DNA of 63,794 nucleotides, counting the filler, from Asterionella formosa (taxonomy: Eukaryota): assembly GCA_002256025.1 (NCBI GenBank). It is 15 parts of 15 records of this genome, joined end to end, with 100 filler letters (N's around TTAATTAATTAA, not from the genome) between each part and the next. Parts side by side here need not be neighbours in the genome. Positions count along the whole stretch, not along the records: positions 22,424 to 44,743 come from NKIB01002797.1; positions 44,844 to 46,209 come from NKIB01002807.1; positions 46,310 to 47,675 come from NKIB01002808.1; 12 more parts are not named here. One strand, 5' to 3'. Below are positions 36,701-47,775 of this stretch, in pieces. Each line of letters opens with the position of its first letter. The first letter of the stretch is position 1. The notes beneath the pieces are model-generated. The model worked only from the letters and a program-made list of their open reading frames with translations. It had not been told where the DNA came from and ran no database searches. The translations under genes were made by a program, and so were the position numbers.

Positions 36701-38992
36701 TCCAATTTCCGTGATTTAACCAAGCCTATGGGTGCTTTGAACAAGAGGCGTCTCGAAGATTTCATGGAGAGATTTGAAACCTTTGCTGATCCTACGATTC
36801 CACCATTCATGTACGGAAGTCATTATTCGACATCTGCCGGAGTGGTATTACACTTTTTAGTGCGAATGCATCCTTTTGCTGGTTTACACAGACAGCTTCA
36901 AGGTGGAAACTTTGATGTTGCTGATCGCCTTTTCAGTTCAATCCCTCGGACCTGGGATATGTGCACTGGTTTTTCAGCCGCTGAAGTGAAAGAGTTAACT
37001 CCAGAATGGTATTGTAATCCTGGCTTTTTGAAGAACTCTAACCAATTTATGCTCGGAACATCACAAGACAAGGAAACAATTAATGATGTTACCTTGCCTC
37101 CTTGGGCCAAAGGCTCACCGGAGCGATTTATAGAGATCATGCGAAATGCGTTGGAGAGTGATATATGCACAGAAATGCTTCCTGATTGGATCGATTTGAT
37201 TTTTGGACGAAAACAGCAAGGCCCAGAGGCTATCAAGGCTCACAACGTTTTCTTCTATTTAACGTACTATGGTAGTGTCGACGTGGCCTCAATCGAAGAC
37301 GAAGGCTTGCGTCAGGCAACTGAGCTTCAAATCGCACATTTTGGGCAGTGTCCGATGCAGCTTTTTGTACGACCACACATTCGAAGGACCACTGAGATTC
37401 GGCCATTTAGCACCTTTTACCAAATGCTAAGTGCCTACTCTCAAGGAGTGGGAACTCATGACCGTCGATTCGATTTGAAGCCTGATGGAACACAACGCTT
37501 ATTCGGTGAGCCTATCTTCTTGCCTTTCTTCTCCACCCCCAAAAGCCACATGGTTCATCTAGATGCCCCACCTCCTGGTCCGCACGTTCCGTTAATTGCT
37601 GTCCGTCTCGCTGGTATAGACCGGTGTTTGGCTGTTGACAGAAATGGGATTTTCCACTCCTTCCGCTGGGCTTGGAAATCCGATGTTCCCGAGTCCTCTG
37701 AGGACCAGGGGGTTTCTGAGGTGGTAAAGCATACAGACATGGTCGACAAGGGTTGCTTCATCGCCCAACGAGAGCTACCCCGATTCAGAACAGTTCCTCG
37801 TTTGATTCACGTCAAAATCTTCAAATCATATATTGATTCGATACCAGCAATTGCAATCTCAAAGACATTGTTTGCTGGTAGATCTGTTCTGCTTGTCCTG
37901 AGTGACGCTGATGGTCGTGGTGGGTTGGCTATGCAACTTGTTGATCCTGCTAAGGCATCGATCAAGGGTGAAGCTATTGTTCCGTCTGTTCACTCAGCCT
38001 TAATTACTTGCATTGCGATGGATCCGATTGGAACTGCTGCAGGGCATGGTGGAGTGGGTGGCGAGCTTGCAATGGTCGGATCCGCCGACGGAAGTTCATC
38101 ATTGTGGCGCTTTATGTCATCGCATTTCTTACCATTAAGACCACGAATTCGTATGAGAGGACACGCAGGTGCCCGAATTCATTCTGTCGCATTGAGTAGT
38201 GCTATCCATGTTTGCGCATCGGCGTCCGCCAATCGACTCTGCATATTTTCAATTGGAAATGGTTCTATGATTCGCTCTTGGGGTCCCCCATCTGATACTT
38301 TGGAAGGTTTTGACGATGCCATCACCAAGACGGTCTTCGCTGACACTCCAGCTTTGTGCTTGAGTGTGCAGGGATTTGTCTGCACCGTTTGCAAGACATC
38401 TATCTTTGATGAACGCAAAGAAATCATTCGCGAAGTTGTAACTCTACATTTGTTCAGCTTGGAGGGAGTCAGTATTGGCAGCAAAGCTTTGGAATCGTGG
38501 AGGGGAACTCCAAACAAGATCACTTCTACCCCTGATGGAACATCAATTTTTGTTTGTGGTGGACGAGGTGTTACTATTCATCGCTTGTCAACCATCACTC
38601 CTCTTGAATTTATTGACGAATGGCATATAACCGAGACTGAGGAGCTCGATGGTGACCTTCCAAGTGCTTTTGATGTTGACTTTGGCCCATCGTTAATGCG
38701 ACCTGTTATCGGTGCTGTGGCCTTGAGTGCAGGTGCTCTTCGCTTGCATGCGTTATCTGGAATTTCAGCTTGGAGTGAACGCCACAAGGCCCGAGCCGGT
38801 CTTGGCCTCGGACACGCCCTATCAAAGCCAGCAGGTCGCATTAAGAACGCACTTGGTAGAGGCTTAGGCTATGGAAAGTCAGCTCTCGGGATGGGAAAAG
38901 ATGTTGCCAAGGAAGTTTCCTCTGACGTGAAGGAGAGGGGAGTTGGAGGCTTCCTTGCTGGAACTCTGTTCCGGAAAAACCAGAAATTGTAG
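30719..38992 (+). CDS. BEACH-domain protein (neurobeachin/LRBA-like: ConA-like, PH-BEACH, WD40), intronless
   Basis: ~2757 aa from ATG 30719. [13 protein letters not shown] (PH); [58 protein letters not shown] and FGQCPMQLF (BEACH); C-terminal WD repeats. Confidence 0.95.
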   Translation: [2757 protein letters not shown]

Positions 38993-39478
38993 TGCCACCT
39001 ATAAATATAGTTCTTTGCAGTTCGCTGTGACGAACACTCTGTATTCAAGGATTTATAACGGCACGGGACCCACTCTTGTACAAGTATATACGACTCTGTC
39101 TGATTTATAAGATATATGTAGTGAGTGATCAACAACATAAATGTGTGGTACTCCACCAGGTAGGACCGAAAGAACAATTTGATGAGAAAACGGTGTATGC
39201 TATTTAATTAAACCCCCAGCTGATGTGGCACCTCCGGTTTATTAGTATGTTCTCTGTTTGGACAAGAACATCCATTTCCAAGACTCCACGTGGAGTTCGA
39301 GACGTTTCTGTCTATTGCCGGTACCAAAGTCCGATTTGGCTGATGGCATGGCGAGCGAGATTCACAACATCAATTTATGACTAACGGTATCACTGCTTGT
39401 TGTTATTACCGGACTCCGTATTATAGACTCTTATTCCTGACCAGCGTAGTTGCGTTTCTGCTCTAAAGCCTCTTCCTC

Positions 39479-40427
39479 ATGAGTCCACTTGCGCGTCTGA
39501 TAGTGTCCCTAGCACTGCAATCATCACTTTTTTGCCATGCCTTTGTCCCTTGTGTCGAAAGAAGGATTCCGTTTCTGACATCAACGACTCACATCAGAAT
39601 GTTTACAGGGATTGTCGAAGAAATGGGCACGGTGGTTTCATTGCAAGAGCGAGAGGATATGGAACTGTGGGATGGAAGCAAAGGGAAAGGAACTGAATTG
39701 ACGGTCAAGGCAAATGTGGTCTTGGAAGGAGCTTATCTGGGGTAAGGACCAAGCTATTTTGTCGTTGTTTGTACATGTTACTACGCCATGCCATGCTATG
39801 CTATGCTATCATATGGATGTATCCATGAAACAAAAGGACTCTTGGTATTAACACAAATATATGCATATATGCAGATGCTCCATTTGTGTCTCAGGAGTAT
39901 GTCTCACGGCCACCCATTTATCTCCCACGGAATTTAAAGTTGGTCTTGCCCCTGAAACATTAAAGCGCACCTACTTTTCGACTCTGCAACCAAATACTTT
40001 GGTAAATTTAGAACGAGCATCCGAAATTGGAGGTCGCAACAGTGGTCACTTTGTACAAGGACACGTAGATGGGACAGGAACTATCGTCAACAAGTACGAA
40101 GAAGGTGATTCTCTTAACATTGTCGTGCAGACCTCACCAGATATATTGAAATATGTTGTGGAAAAGGGATTTATCGCTATTGATGGTACTTCCTTGACGG
40201 TTGTGAACGTAAACCCTCTTGCCCAAACATTTCAATTCATGTTGGTAGAGTATACACAAAAGAAAATTATTATTCCGCTCAAAAGTGTGGGAGACAAGGT
40301 GAACATTGAAGTGGACGTTTTGGGCAAATACAGTGAATCGGCCTTGGCGGCTGTCCTACCAAGATTAGAAGCATTAGAGGCAAAAGTTGCTAGCTTGGAA
40401 AAGGAATTGGGAAACAATAAAAAGTAA
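39479..40427 (+). CDS. ribE: Riboflavin synthase (alpha type), plastid-targeted; exons 39479-39741 and 39875-40427
   Basis: MFTGIVEEMG, SICVSGVCLT, VNLERA, GHFVQGHVDG, KGFIAIDGTSLTV, VNIEVD. Signal peptide ending CHA-FVP (ASAFAP-like) plus transit peptide. Confidence 0.95.
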
Positions 40428-40740
40428 AATGAATCTATGTTCAACGGCCAATGTAGGCGCTTGAGTACTACTTTACAAAATAGTACTAATATGAGTGGCA
40501 GAATCATTATTATTCGCTGCTGGTGCTTTTGATAAAAAGAAAGGTATGTGTATCCATTATATGAATCTTTGCCATGATAGAACATGACATCTTGTCAAAA
40601 CGTTCCCATCAATGTCATGACGCCTACCAGTAGCCATTATGTAGAATAAGGATCACCCTCATGTTATTGGAAATAGACTAAGTGGATGAGTCCTACGACG
40701 CACACACAGTCGCTGTAGAGGAAGGGAGATACCTCAAAAC

Positions 40741-41094
40741 TTAAAACTCAATCGAATCACATGCAATGGTAATTTCTTGTATTGCTTCGTGTTCACAAAT
40801 GGTCTCAGGACTCTTAGCTGCAGCTGATGATGATGATGATGCTGGCACATAGCAGGCGTAAACGACCATTGGTAGAACAAAGTTAATCGTGAATAAGCTA
40901 CCCACCATGCCCATGGGATCTTCCATCAGCACAACAATCAGACCAGCTTGAAGGAATAGCCACGAAGAAATCAACAGGAAAATCGAGAGGAAGGCCGTTA
41001 CACTCACTTTATGTGAAATCGAGATAGCAGATGCTGAACATTGTGATCCATGGCTTGCTTCAACTGGAATGGCTTCAAATGCAATTGCCCTCAT
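40741..41094 (-). CDS. Hypothetical small membrane protein (two hydrophobic segments)
   Basis: 117-aa ATG ORF with two TM-like stretches and a motif cluster upstream. No family recognised. Confidence 0.4.
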   Translation of the reverse strand: MRAIAFEAIPVEASHGSQCSASAISISHKVSVTAFLSIFLLISSWLFLQAGLIVVLMEDPMGMVGSLFTINFVLPMVVYACYVPASSSSSAAAKSPETICEHEAIQEITIACDSIEF

Positions 41095-41899
41095 GGTTCA
41101 ACGGGAGAGAGAGTCTGATGACTGATGTGCTTATTATGTACGCGGAGTTCTGCCGATACAAATTTATTATGAAATTATGATGTGGTCCCTCGAAAAAGCA
41201 AATATTTCACAAGATTTTTGTTCGTGATGGATTCGTGTAAATACATTAATTGCCGATGGGAAGTGCAACACTTCGAGCAGTATTTTTTTTAGCATAATGG
41301 TGTCACCAATTGCCTTTGCTGCAATCTGTGTAAAATGTCGATATATATATTCATATATGGATAAACATGAACATATACAATCATGTGTTTGATGTTGAGC
41401 AGCTGATTATATTTGTTTCCACGAAAATGTATTCTAAAATAATCGATTCTGCTAGAATTGACATCATACAGGTCTCCTATGTACCAGCGGATAGTTTCAG
41501 TACCTGTAGATAGTTTCAGTACATGTACTCAGTACCCTTGGTACCAGGTACCAGGTACCAGGTACCACCAGGAAACTGCTTTGAACCTTCTATTTCACTA
41601 CGGTACATTCAATCGATTAGTATGTACGACTAATACTGAAATATTCATTTCTATCACCTTACCAGGTACCAGTTGCTCCAGATGTTCACGAGAGGTGGAG
41701 GATTATGATTGGACGAACGATTCAACCAGATTCCATCAACAACTATCTTATATATATGAATGTTTATAATGATGCATTTATCCATTATTGAGGTTCAAAG
41801 CAGTTTATAAAAATATTTTAATAATGGAGAATTAATTTATGTTCTACATCGAAGACAGATTACAACATTTCATAATTATTATAATGAAATCACACAAAA

Positions 41900-44050
41900 T
41901 ATTTACATACTATAGTTCTTGTGATGAGAATTCATCGCCAAACACTGCTTCATGGCCCTACACCCCCTCCTCTCCTACCAGCTGCACCATCACTGTCAAG
42001 GGGAAGGGCATGAGCAATACTTCTCTCATACAAGTTGCAACATAATACCTTTCAAGAAGCACCTGATGTTTGTTTGGAATGGCTGCGTCACTGTCACATT
42101 TTAACCACAACACAAGTGTTCTCAACTCAGAAATGTTGAGCGCTTCTTTTTCCTTTGGTCATGCTCTCACAGTCTCCACACAATTCAGAAGGGCATCATA
42201 TTGTTGCTGGGCAGCTATCTCTTTGGCAGTTTGGATACTTGTTGTACTCTGTTTTGATTTGATCGCCTTTTCAAGCATTTCAGATCCAAATTTGCAGGTG
42301 CCACGTGAACAAATTTACCTTGAGGAAAGCTTCTTGTGATTGTCAACAATGGCTGTTTGTGCTGTTGCCTTTCGCTTTTGTATCTGCTCTGTTGCATTAA
42401 CTTGATCTGCTCAGTCGCATTAACTTCATTCCTTGCACTCTCGCAATTTTGGTGTTCAACAATTGAATCAGTCAGCCGTCGAGAAAGTCCGGTAAAAGGT
42501 TTCAAATCATTAGGGAGTATATTAGTGTTGCCAATTGGATGTTTGTCCCCCCAAGATGTCAGCTGTATTTCTGCCTCCAGCAAGCAATTGTAGATGAGTG
42601 GTCGTAGTGTTGCCAACTGGATGTTTGTCCCCCCAAGATGTCAGCTGTATTTCTGCCTCCAGCAAGCAATTGTAGATGAGTGGTCGCCAGCATCATTCAG
42701 AAATTGCAGTTCCAATTGATACTATATTGGCAAAGAGAGGAGTAGCAAAGCCAAGTTTAGAATGCTGATAATATCATACTTTTCAATAACATAAGGAAGG
42801 TCTGTCTGCAACTTCACTGTAAGTAAATACTTTTGCTATACCAATGTTCATCTTAAAACTTCCATTCTGCTGGTTGGAATCTCCGACTTGCCAACATGAG
42901 GTGCCATAAGGCACACCAATGCATACACTCCATGGGTTAGCAGGATTCTTTATTTATTCCAAGAAAGTCAAGTCGAAAAGTGAGCCATGTCCATCAAGGA
43001 GTAGAAGGGAGCAATGCCACATCAGTTCTGTCAAACACTTCACTTTTATCGATGACCTTCAGCATAGCAACAAGGAGATTTGCAGTGATAGACAAACTTT
43101 CAGAGCAACAGCACATAGTTGGTAGTTTTTGCCTATGAAACTCACACACAGCAGGACCCTGCAGATGTTGTTTCCCCTCACCCCCTGTATTTGATTAAAG
43201 GTAATATTCTTCCCCCACCCAGTCTGCAAATCCATAAGTCCTTGCACCCAACCATACTCCAGTTCCTTGGCAGTGACAATTACAGCACGCATTAGGGGTT
43301 CCACAGTAGAAGCCATAAATCCCAGAACAGTGAAATGGGCATCTTTCTGAGCACAACTTTGTTGAGACCTTGCAGCTCCACCAAGTACCAAGTTTTTCTC
43401 CTCTCGATAGTGGCTATCCTTGGTTTGACTTGTATTGCTTCCTACCTCATCAACAAATATGATTTTATCAGGGTGCATGAATTTGTATTGTGATTTCAGC
43501 TCAAATGCTTCATTGTCCAGTTGAATACTGCTCCCTTCTTGATTGAACCAGCCAAGCTGGCTGTTCCAATTTCGTTGCAATTAAGGTCTTGGAAAGATCC
43601 TCATAAACATCATTATACATCTGCTGAAAGTTCTGGACAGTACAACGCTCAGTTTGTTTGACAACAAATTTGGCTTCTCTCTTTGATTCCACCAGATGCC
43701 CATTTCTCTGCATGAATCCTCTACTTTTGCTTACCAGGTCCCAGCAAGTTTGACTCTGCTCCCTCCTTATGAATATGTTTCAATGTTCTACAGTGTTTGA
43801 GTCTCCAGCCAATCACTTTTGTCAAAATTGATTTTCCCTCAACAAGAAAATGCTTGGCAAGTTCAAGTCCCTGACAGCATGTGATGGGTTGCCGCATTTT
43901 GGCCAGTTGTTCTATCATCTCAACAAATCTATGCATGGCTCAACACTCGATCATTGGCGAAGCTGTCAATCTGTTAAGAAGTTCTCCTCCTGTGCTATTC
44001 ATTTTGCGCTTTTTTTTGCTTTTGATTGTTTCTAAATTTAATTTCGACTC
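41900..44050 (-). mobile_element. Degenerate pogo-like (DDE) transposon of the stramenopile type
   Basis: HPDKIIFVDEVGSNTSQTKD, HFTVLGF...EPLM, LLLDGHGS, VCIGVPYGTSCWQVGDS.QQNGSFK in shifting frames. Confidence 0.85.
42523..42686. repeat. Tandem duplication, 2 x 82 bp, within the decayed transposase
   Basis: TAGTGTTGCCAA(T/C)TGGATG...GAGTGGTCG at 42523 and 42605. Confidence 0.95.
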
Positions 44051-44375
44051 AGGAGGAATATTTCATCTTTGTACCAACAGAACCTACAATCTACACGAAA
44101 AAATCTGGCGCAGTCTTGATAACAATTTCGTTGGGACGAAATTCTGAGGCTACAAGTGTGACTTGAACAAATATGACAAGAGGGAGAGGACACAGCCAAT
44201 AGATACTCCTAATTGCACATGCACTGGATGATCTACCATTAGCCTCGTCCTACTATGGTAAAAAAATACGCCTAGATTTTCTATTGAAAACAATCAACTG
44301 ATGAGTTAACCAATTCACTTGCATGATGAAATTTTAATCTGTTGCGTCTTCCTCAATTCTGTGTGATTCCTACAT

Positions 44376-44743
44376 TCAGAGCATTGTAGCAACTGCGTGG
44401 CAACCAATCGGTCCCATGCTTGTTCCGCCTAAAAAGAGCTCTTGGATCCCCTGAGTATCATTGACTCCATATGACGTTTTTCTCCTTCTCAGTTCATCTT
44501 CTAGAATGCCTTCTGTTACTGACCCTGATTGGTTTCCAGTGCCTTCAAATACAGTTTGGTCAAAGCGCACCCTCTCTTGATCCCATAAGCCAACGCCATG
44601 GCTCCTTCTTCCCGAATGCGATTCCCTGCCAAGTAGAGCATATGCAAGGCAGATTCAAACAAAGCACATGCCTATGATCTAATACCATCATCGCCGGCTT
44701 GGTTGAATCCAAGATCCAACGATCCCAAAGCGCGGTGTGCTGA
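44376..44743 (-). pseudogene. RNI-like leucine-rich-repeat gene fragment
   Basis: LGSLDLGFNQAGDDGIRS*ACAL...LHMLYLAGNRIREEGAMALA...LTKLYL, frameshift, then IQELFLGGTSMGPIGCHAVA. In-frame stop at 44672-44674. Confidence 0.75.
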
Positions 44744-45200
44744 NNNNNNNNNNNNNNNNNNNNNNNNNNNNNNNNNNNNNNNNNNNNTTAATTAATTAAN
44801 NNNNNNNNNNNNNNNNNNNNNNNNNNNNNNNNNNNNNNNNNNNTCTAGAGAACAGGTGCCTGCTGATGTGGTGAGAACTGACCGTTCGAAGCGCCATGGT
44901 TGTTGTCAAGGAGGTAGAAGTGAACAGGATCTGCTGAAAAATTAAGCAAGACCACACACACCAGTTAGTATACTTGGGGACGAAACATACGGGGTGAATG
45001 TTTCTTAGGAGTGGAGGACATGTCTTGCATCGGCGTGTATTTTCGATGTCCTTCTGCTATCCTGGTATGGTCCCAGGTACCAGGTACTGGAATGCTTGCC
45101 AAATATGCAAAAAAAAGAATGGGTGGGGGTACATATATACCAGGTACTATTACCCAGTGCCGCTATATGTTCTACCATGCAGGACCGAAAGAGTTGAGTA

Positions 45201-45852
45201 CCTGTGCAAGTTGCGGTAATTTTGGTCAATCTAAAGATTTAGCTGTCTTTATCCCAGATTAAAATGTTTGTTTAATTAATTAAGCAAAATTACCGTAATT
45301 TGCTGTTACCAGGTGCCAGCCAGTCCCTTAACCTACCGTTGGCAATTTCCTGTAAAATGAGAAATTTAGCAATTTTTCTTTCTAGCAAAAACCGTCTTCT
45401 ACTTTAACTCCGAGATATGTACCGTGCTTTTATACCTTAGTCTACCTGCCACTAAAAGGACAAATAATCGTGTGTACGGGTCTGTCACGGCTATGTATGT
45501 ATCGGGTATGCACAGACTATAGCTACCGGTATATACAATACCGGCATACCGGAATGCTGTTCTGTATATACCAGCAAGTTGCGGTAATTTTGCTGAATCT
45601 AAAGATTTAGCTTGTTTAAATCCCAGATTAAAATGTTAGTGAAAGCAAAATGAACGCAACTCGCAGTATCAGCAACCTGTTGCCCTGGTGCTAGTGTGCC
45701 CCTACATTGTGCTTAGCTATCGTAGCAGGAACTGGTATGGAACTACCGGTACTTGCCTGCAAGTTGCGAAAAGTTTGCTGAACTAAAGATTTAGCTTTAT
45801 TTTTATAGAATATTAAATTTTTTATTTAAGCAAAATGACCGCAAGTTGCTGG
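45201..45852. mobile_element. Three copies of a ~100-bp MITE (45201-45306, 45571-45666, 45756-45852) with ~23-bp TIRs, consensus TA|CCAGCAAGTTGCGGTAATTTTGCT...AGCAAAATKACCGCAACTTGCTGG|TA
   Basis: Shared interior CTAAAGATTTAGC. Imperfect TIRs in each copy, with TA at most ends. Confidence 0.8.
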
Positions 45853-46127
45853 TACTTTGGTACCTGTAACTCCTACCAGTAACCAGCACCCGGTAACCAG
45901 TACCGTTATATGTATTGTAAAGTGAGCTGGTGCCGCTTGCTCGGTGGGTTGCTTCTGTGAATCCATTGCTTTGTGCTCTGTCGAACGGAATTCTTTCCAT
46001 CGCCAGACCGACGACGGCCAAACAAAGATTCGTTGCCTTGCATCATCACCCCATATATGTCGTCCAGCCAGCAACAGCGCACAATGTGTCATTTTTCGCT
46101 TCCGCCTAAATCAAAAATACATTGACC

Positions 46128-46209
46128 ATGATGAACGTTCCCGGTGCCGTCCTCCTCGCTCCTTCGGCCGATACCAAGTATGACATGATGTACTACTTGA
46201 AGGGTGCCG
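46128..46209 (+). CDS. 5' end of a gene cut by the linker; possibly mitochondrial phosphate carrier
   Basis: ACC-ATG start, MMNVPGAVLLAPSADTKYDMMYYLKGA. The YYLKGA end resembles the lead-in to TM1 of phosphate carriers, but only 27 codons are visible. Confidence 0.35.
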
Positions 46210-47775
46210 NNNNNNNNNNNNNNNNNNNNNNNNNNNNNNNNNNNNNNNNNNNNTTAATTAATTAANNNNNNNNNNNNNNNNNNNNNNNNNNNNNNNNNNN
46301 NNNNNNNNNACGTTGAGGACCATGAACATACCGTATGTGTGCGTAGAGCCAACAAGCAAGATGAGCGAATTGATGAGAGGAAATTGCATGTATTCACATA
46401 ATATCGAGAAACCTCATATAGAGACACACATGTAATGGAATTATACGTATATAAATAGAAGGGAATTCGGAGTATATGATACACTGGTTAGAAGCAAGCG
46501 GTTTGGCAGACATGAAATAACCTTCATATCACACATACATACAGGGTACCAGGTAGTTACTAATTTAAGGTGTTTTCTACCCAAAATTTATACGTACATT
46601 CGTATGTGTGTACAGTTACCATCTTGCCAGATACCCGGTACTCCGACGAACTCATTTCTGATTGTACTGGTGTGGACCGTATGAATGATATGGCGGTACA
46701 TGTAAATAATTTTTAGTATTTGAGAAAGGCAGAGGCGTTGAGCCGTTGAATTCAAGGAGTTACTACCGGAAGGTGTCTCTCACGACTATACATACATACC
46801 CGCAAATAGTATACACTAAACGGCAGTTATCTGGTGGTTAGTCTACACTTTTTGTATACTTTTAGACTCTACTCAATTCCTCTCACGTACCAGGTTCCAC
46901 GATGCTCCTCAGGTAGCCGTACAAAAGTATACACTCAAGTGTATACTTTCCACTTCAACTATCGGGGTGTGCTTTGTGGACGTACAATGTCATTAGCGCA
47001 GTACCAGGTAGGAGGTATTTGATATTCTACACCACCAGCCAGCGGCCGTTTTCAATTCCCGACTCGATCAACTAGTACCAGGTACCAGGGTACCGGTATG
47101 CTGGTATAGGTACAAATGTACCAGTGCCAACTCCCCTAAACCCTGGTACCTGGTTTCCAGGTAACATACCTGTACTCCGGCACCTGGTAAAAGGGGTACT
47201 CACCTGTTACTGGTAAAATTCAACCCAAGTTGTATTTTTCTGTAGACCCCTGGTATTGTCCTACTCGGGACACCTGGTACCTTGACAGTATTGACAACAT
47301 TTTACCGTGGTAAAATTAGGTACTGACCTCCAAGAATTTCAACCCGGTTGCATTGGCGGTTGAATTTTTCCTCTTCTTTTGGTTGAATTTTCAACTCAGA
47401 TTAGTCGTATATTGTTGTAACCTCTTGGGAAATTCAACCACTGCACCATCATAAATCAATCTTATTTGTCCATGTACGTAAGATTTATATATAGTACTAC
47501 CTGGTACTCGGAGGACCAGGAACCACCACCAGGTAACTGGTGCCATACTACCGGTAGATGGTTGCCCACACACCAATATTTATAGAAGGCTTCCTGAATA
47601 GACTATTTACAGGTAATATAGACTGATATATACATAAACATCATATATATTTTAAATTAAAGCAAAACTAGGCAGNNNNNNNNNNNNNNNNNNNNNNNNN
47701 NNNNNNNNNNNNNNNNNNNTTAATTAATTAANNNNNNNNNNNNNNNNNNNNNNNNNNNNNNNNNNNNNNNNNNNN

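Noticed and set aside
30619..39177. Numerous antisense or alternate-frame ORFs over BEACH (likewise over Sec16, PhoD and others)
   Set aside because: Shadow ORFs of long genuine CDSs.
44844..44897. Minus-strand ATG as the start of the LRR fragment at 44376-44743
   Set aside because: Separated by an artificial linker, so it cannot be joined.
45272..45283. TTAATTAATTAA without flanking Ns
   Set aside because: It lies in the AT-rich interior of a MITE copy. Probably a natural coincidence rather than a linker.
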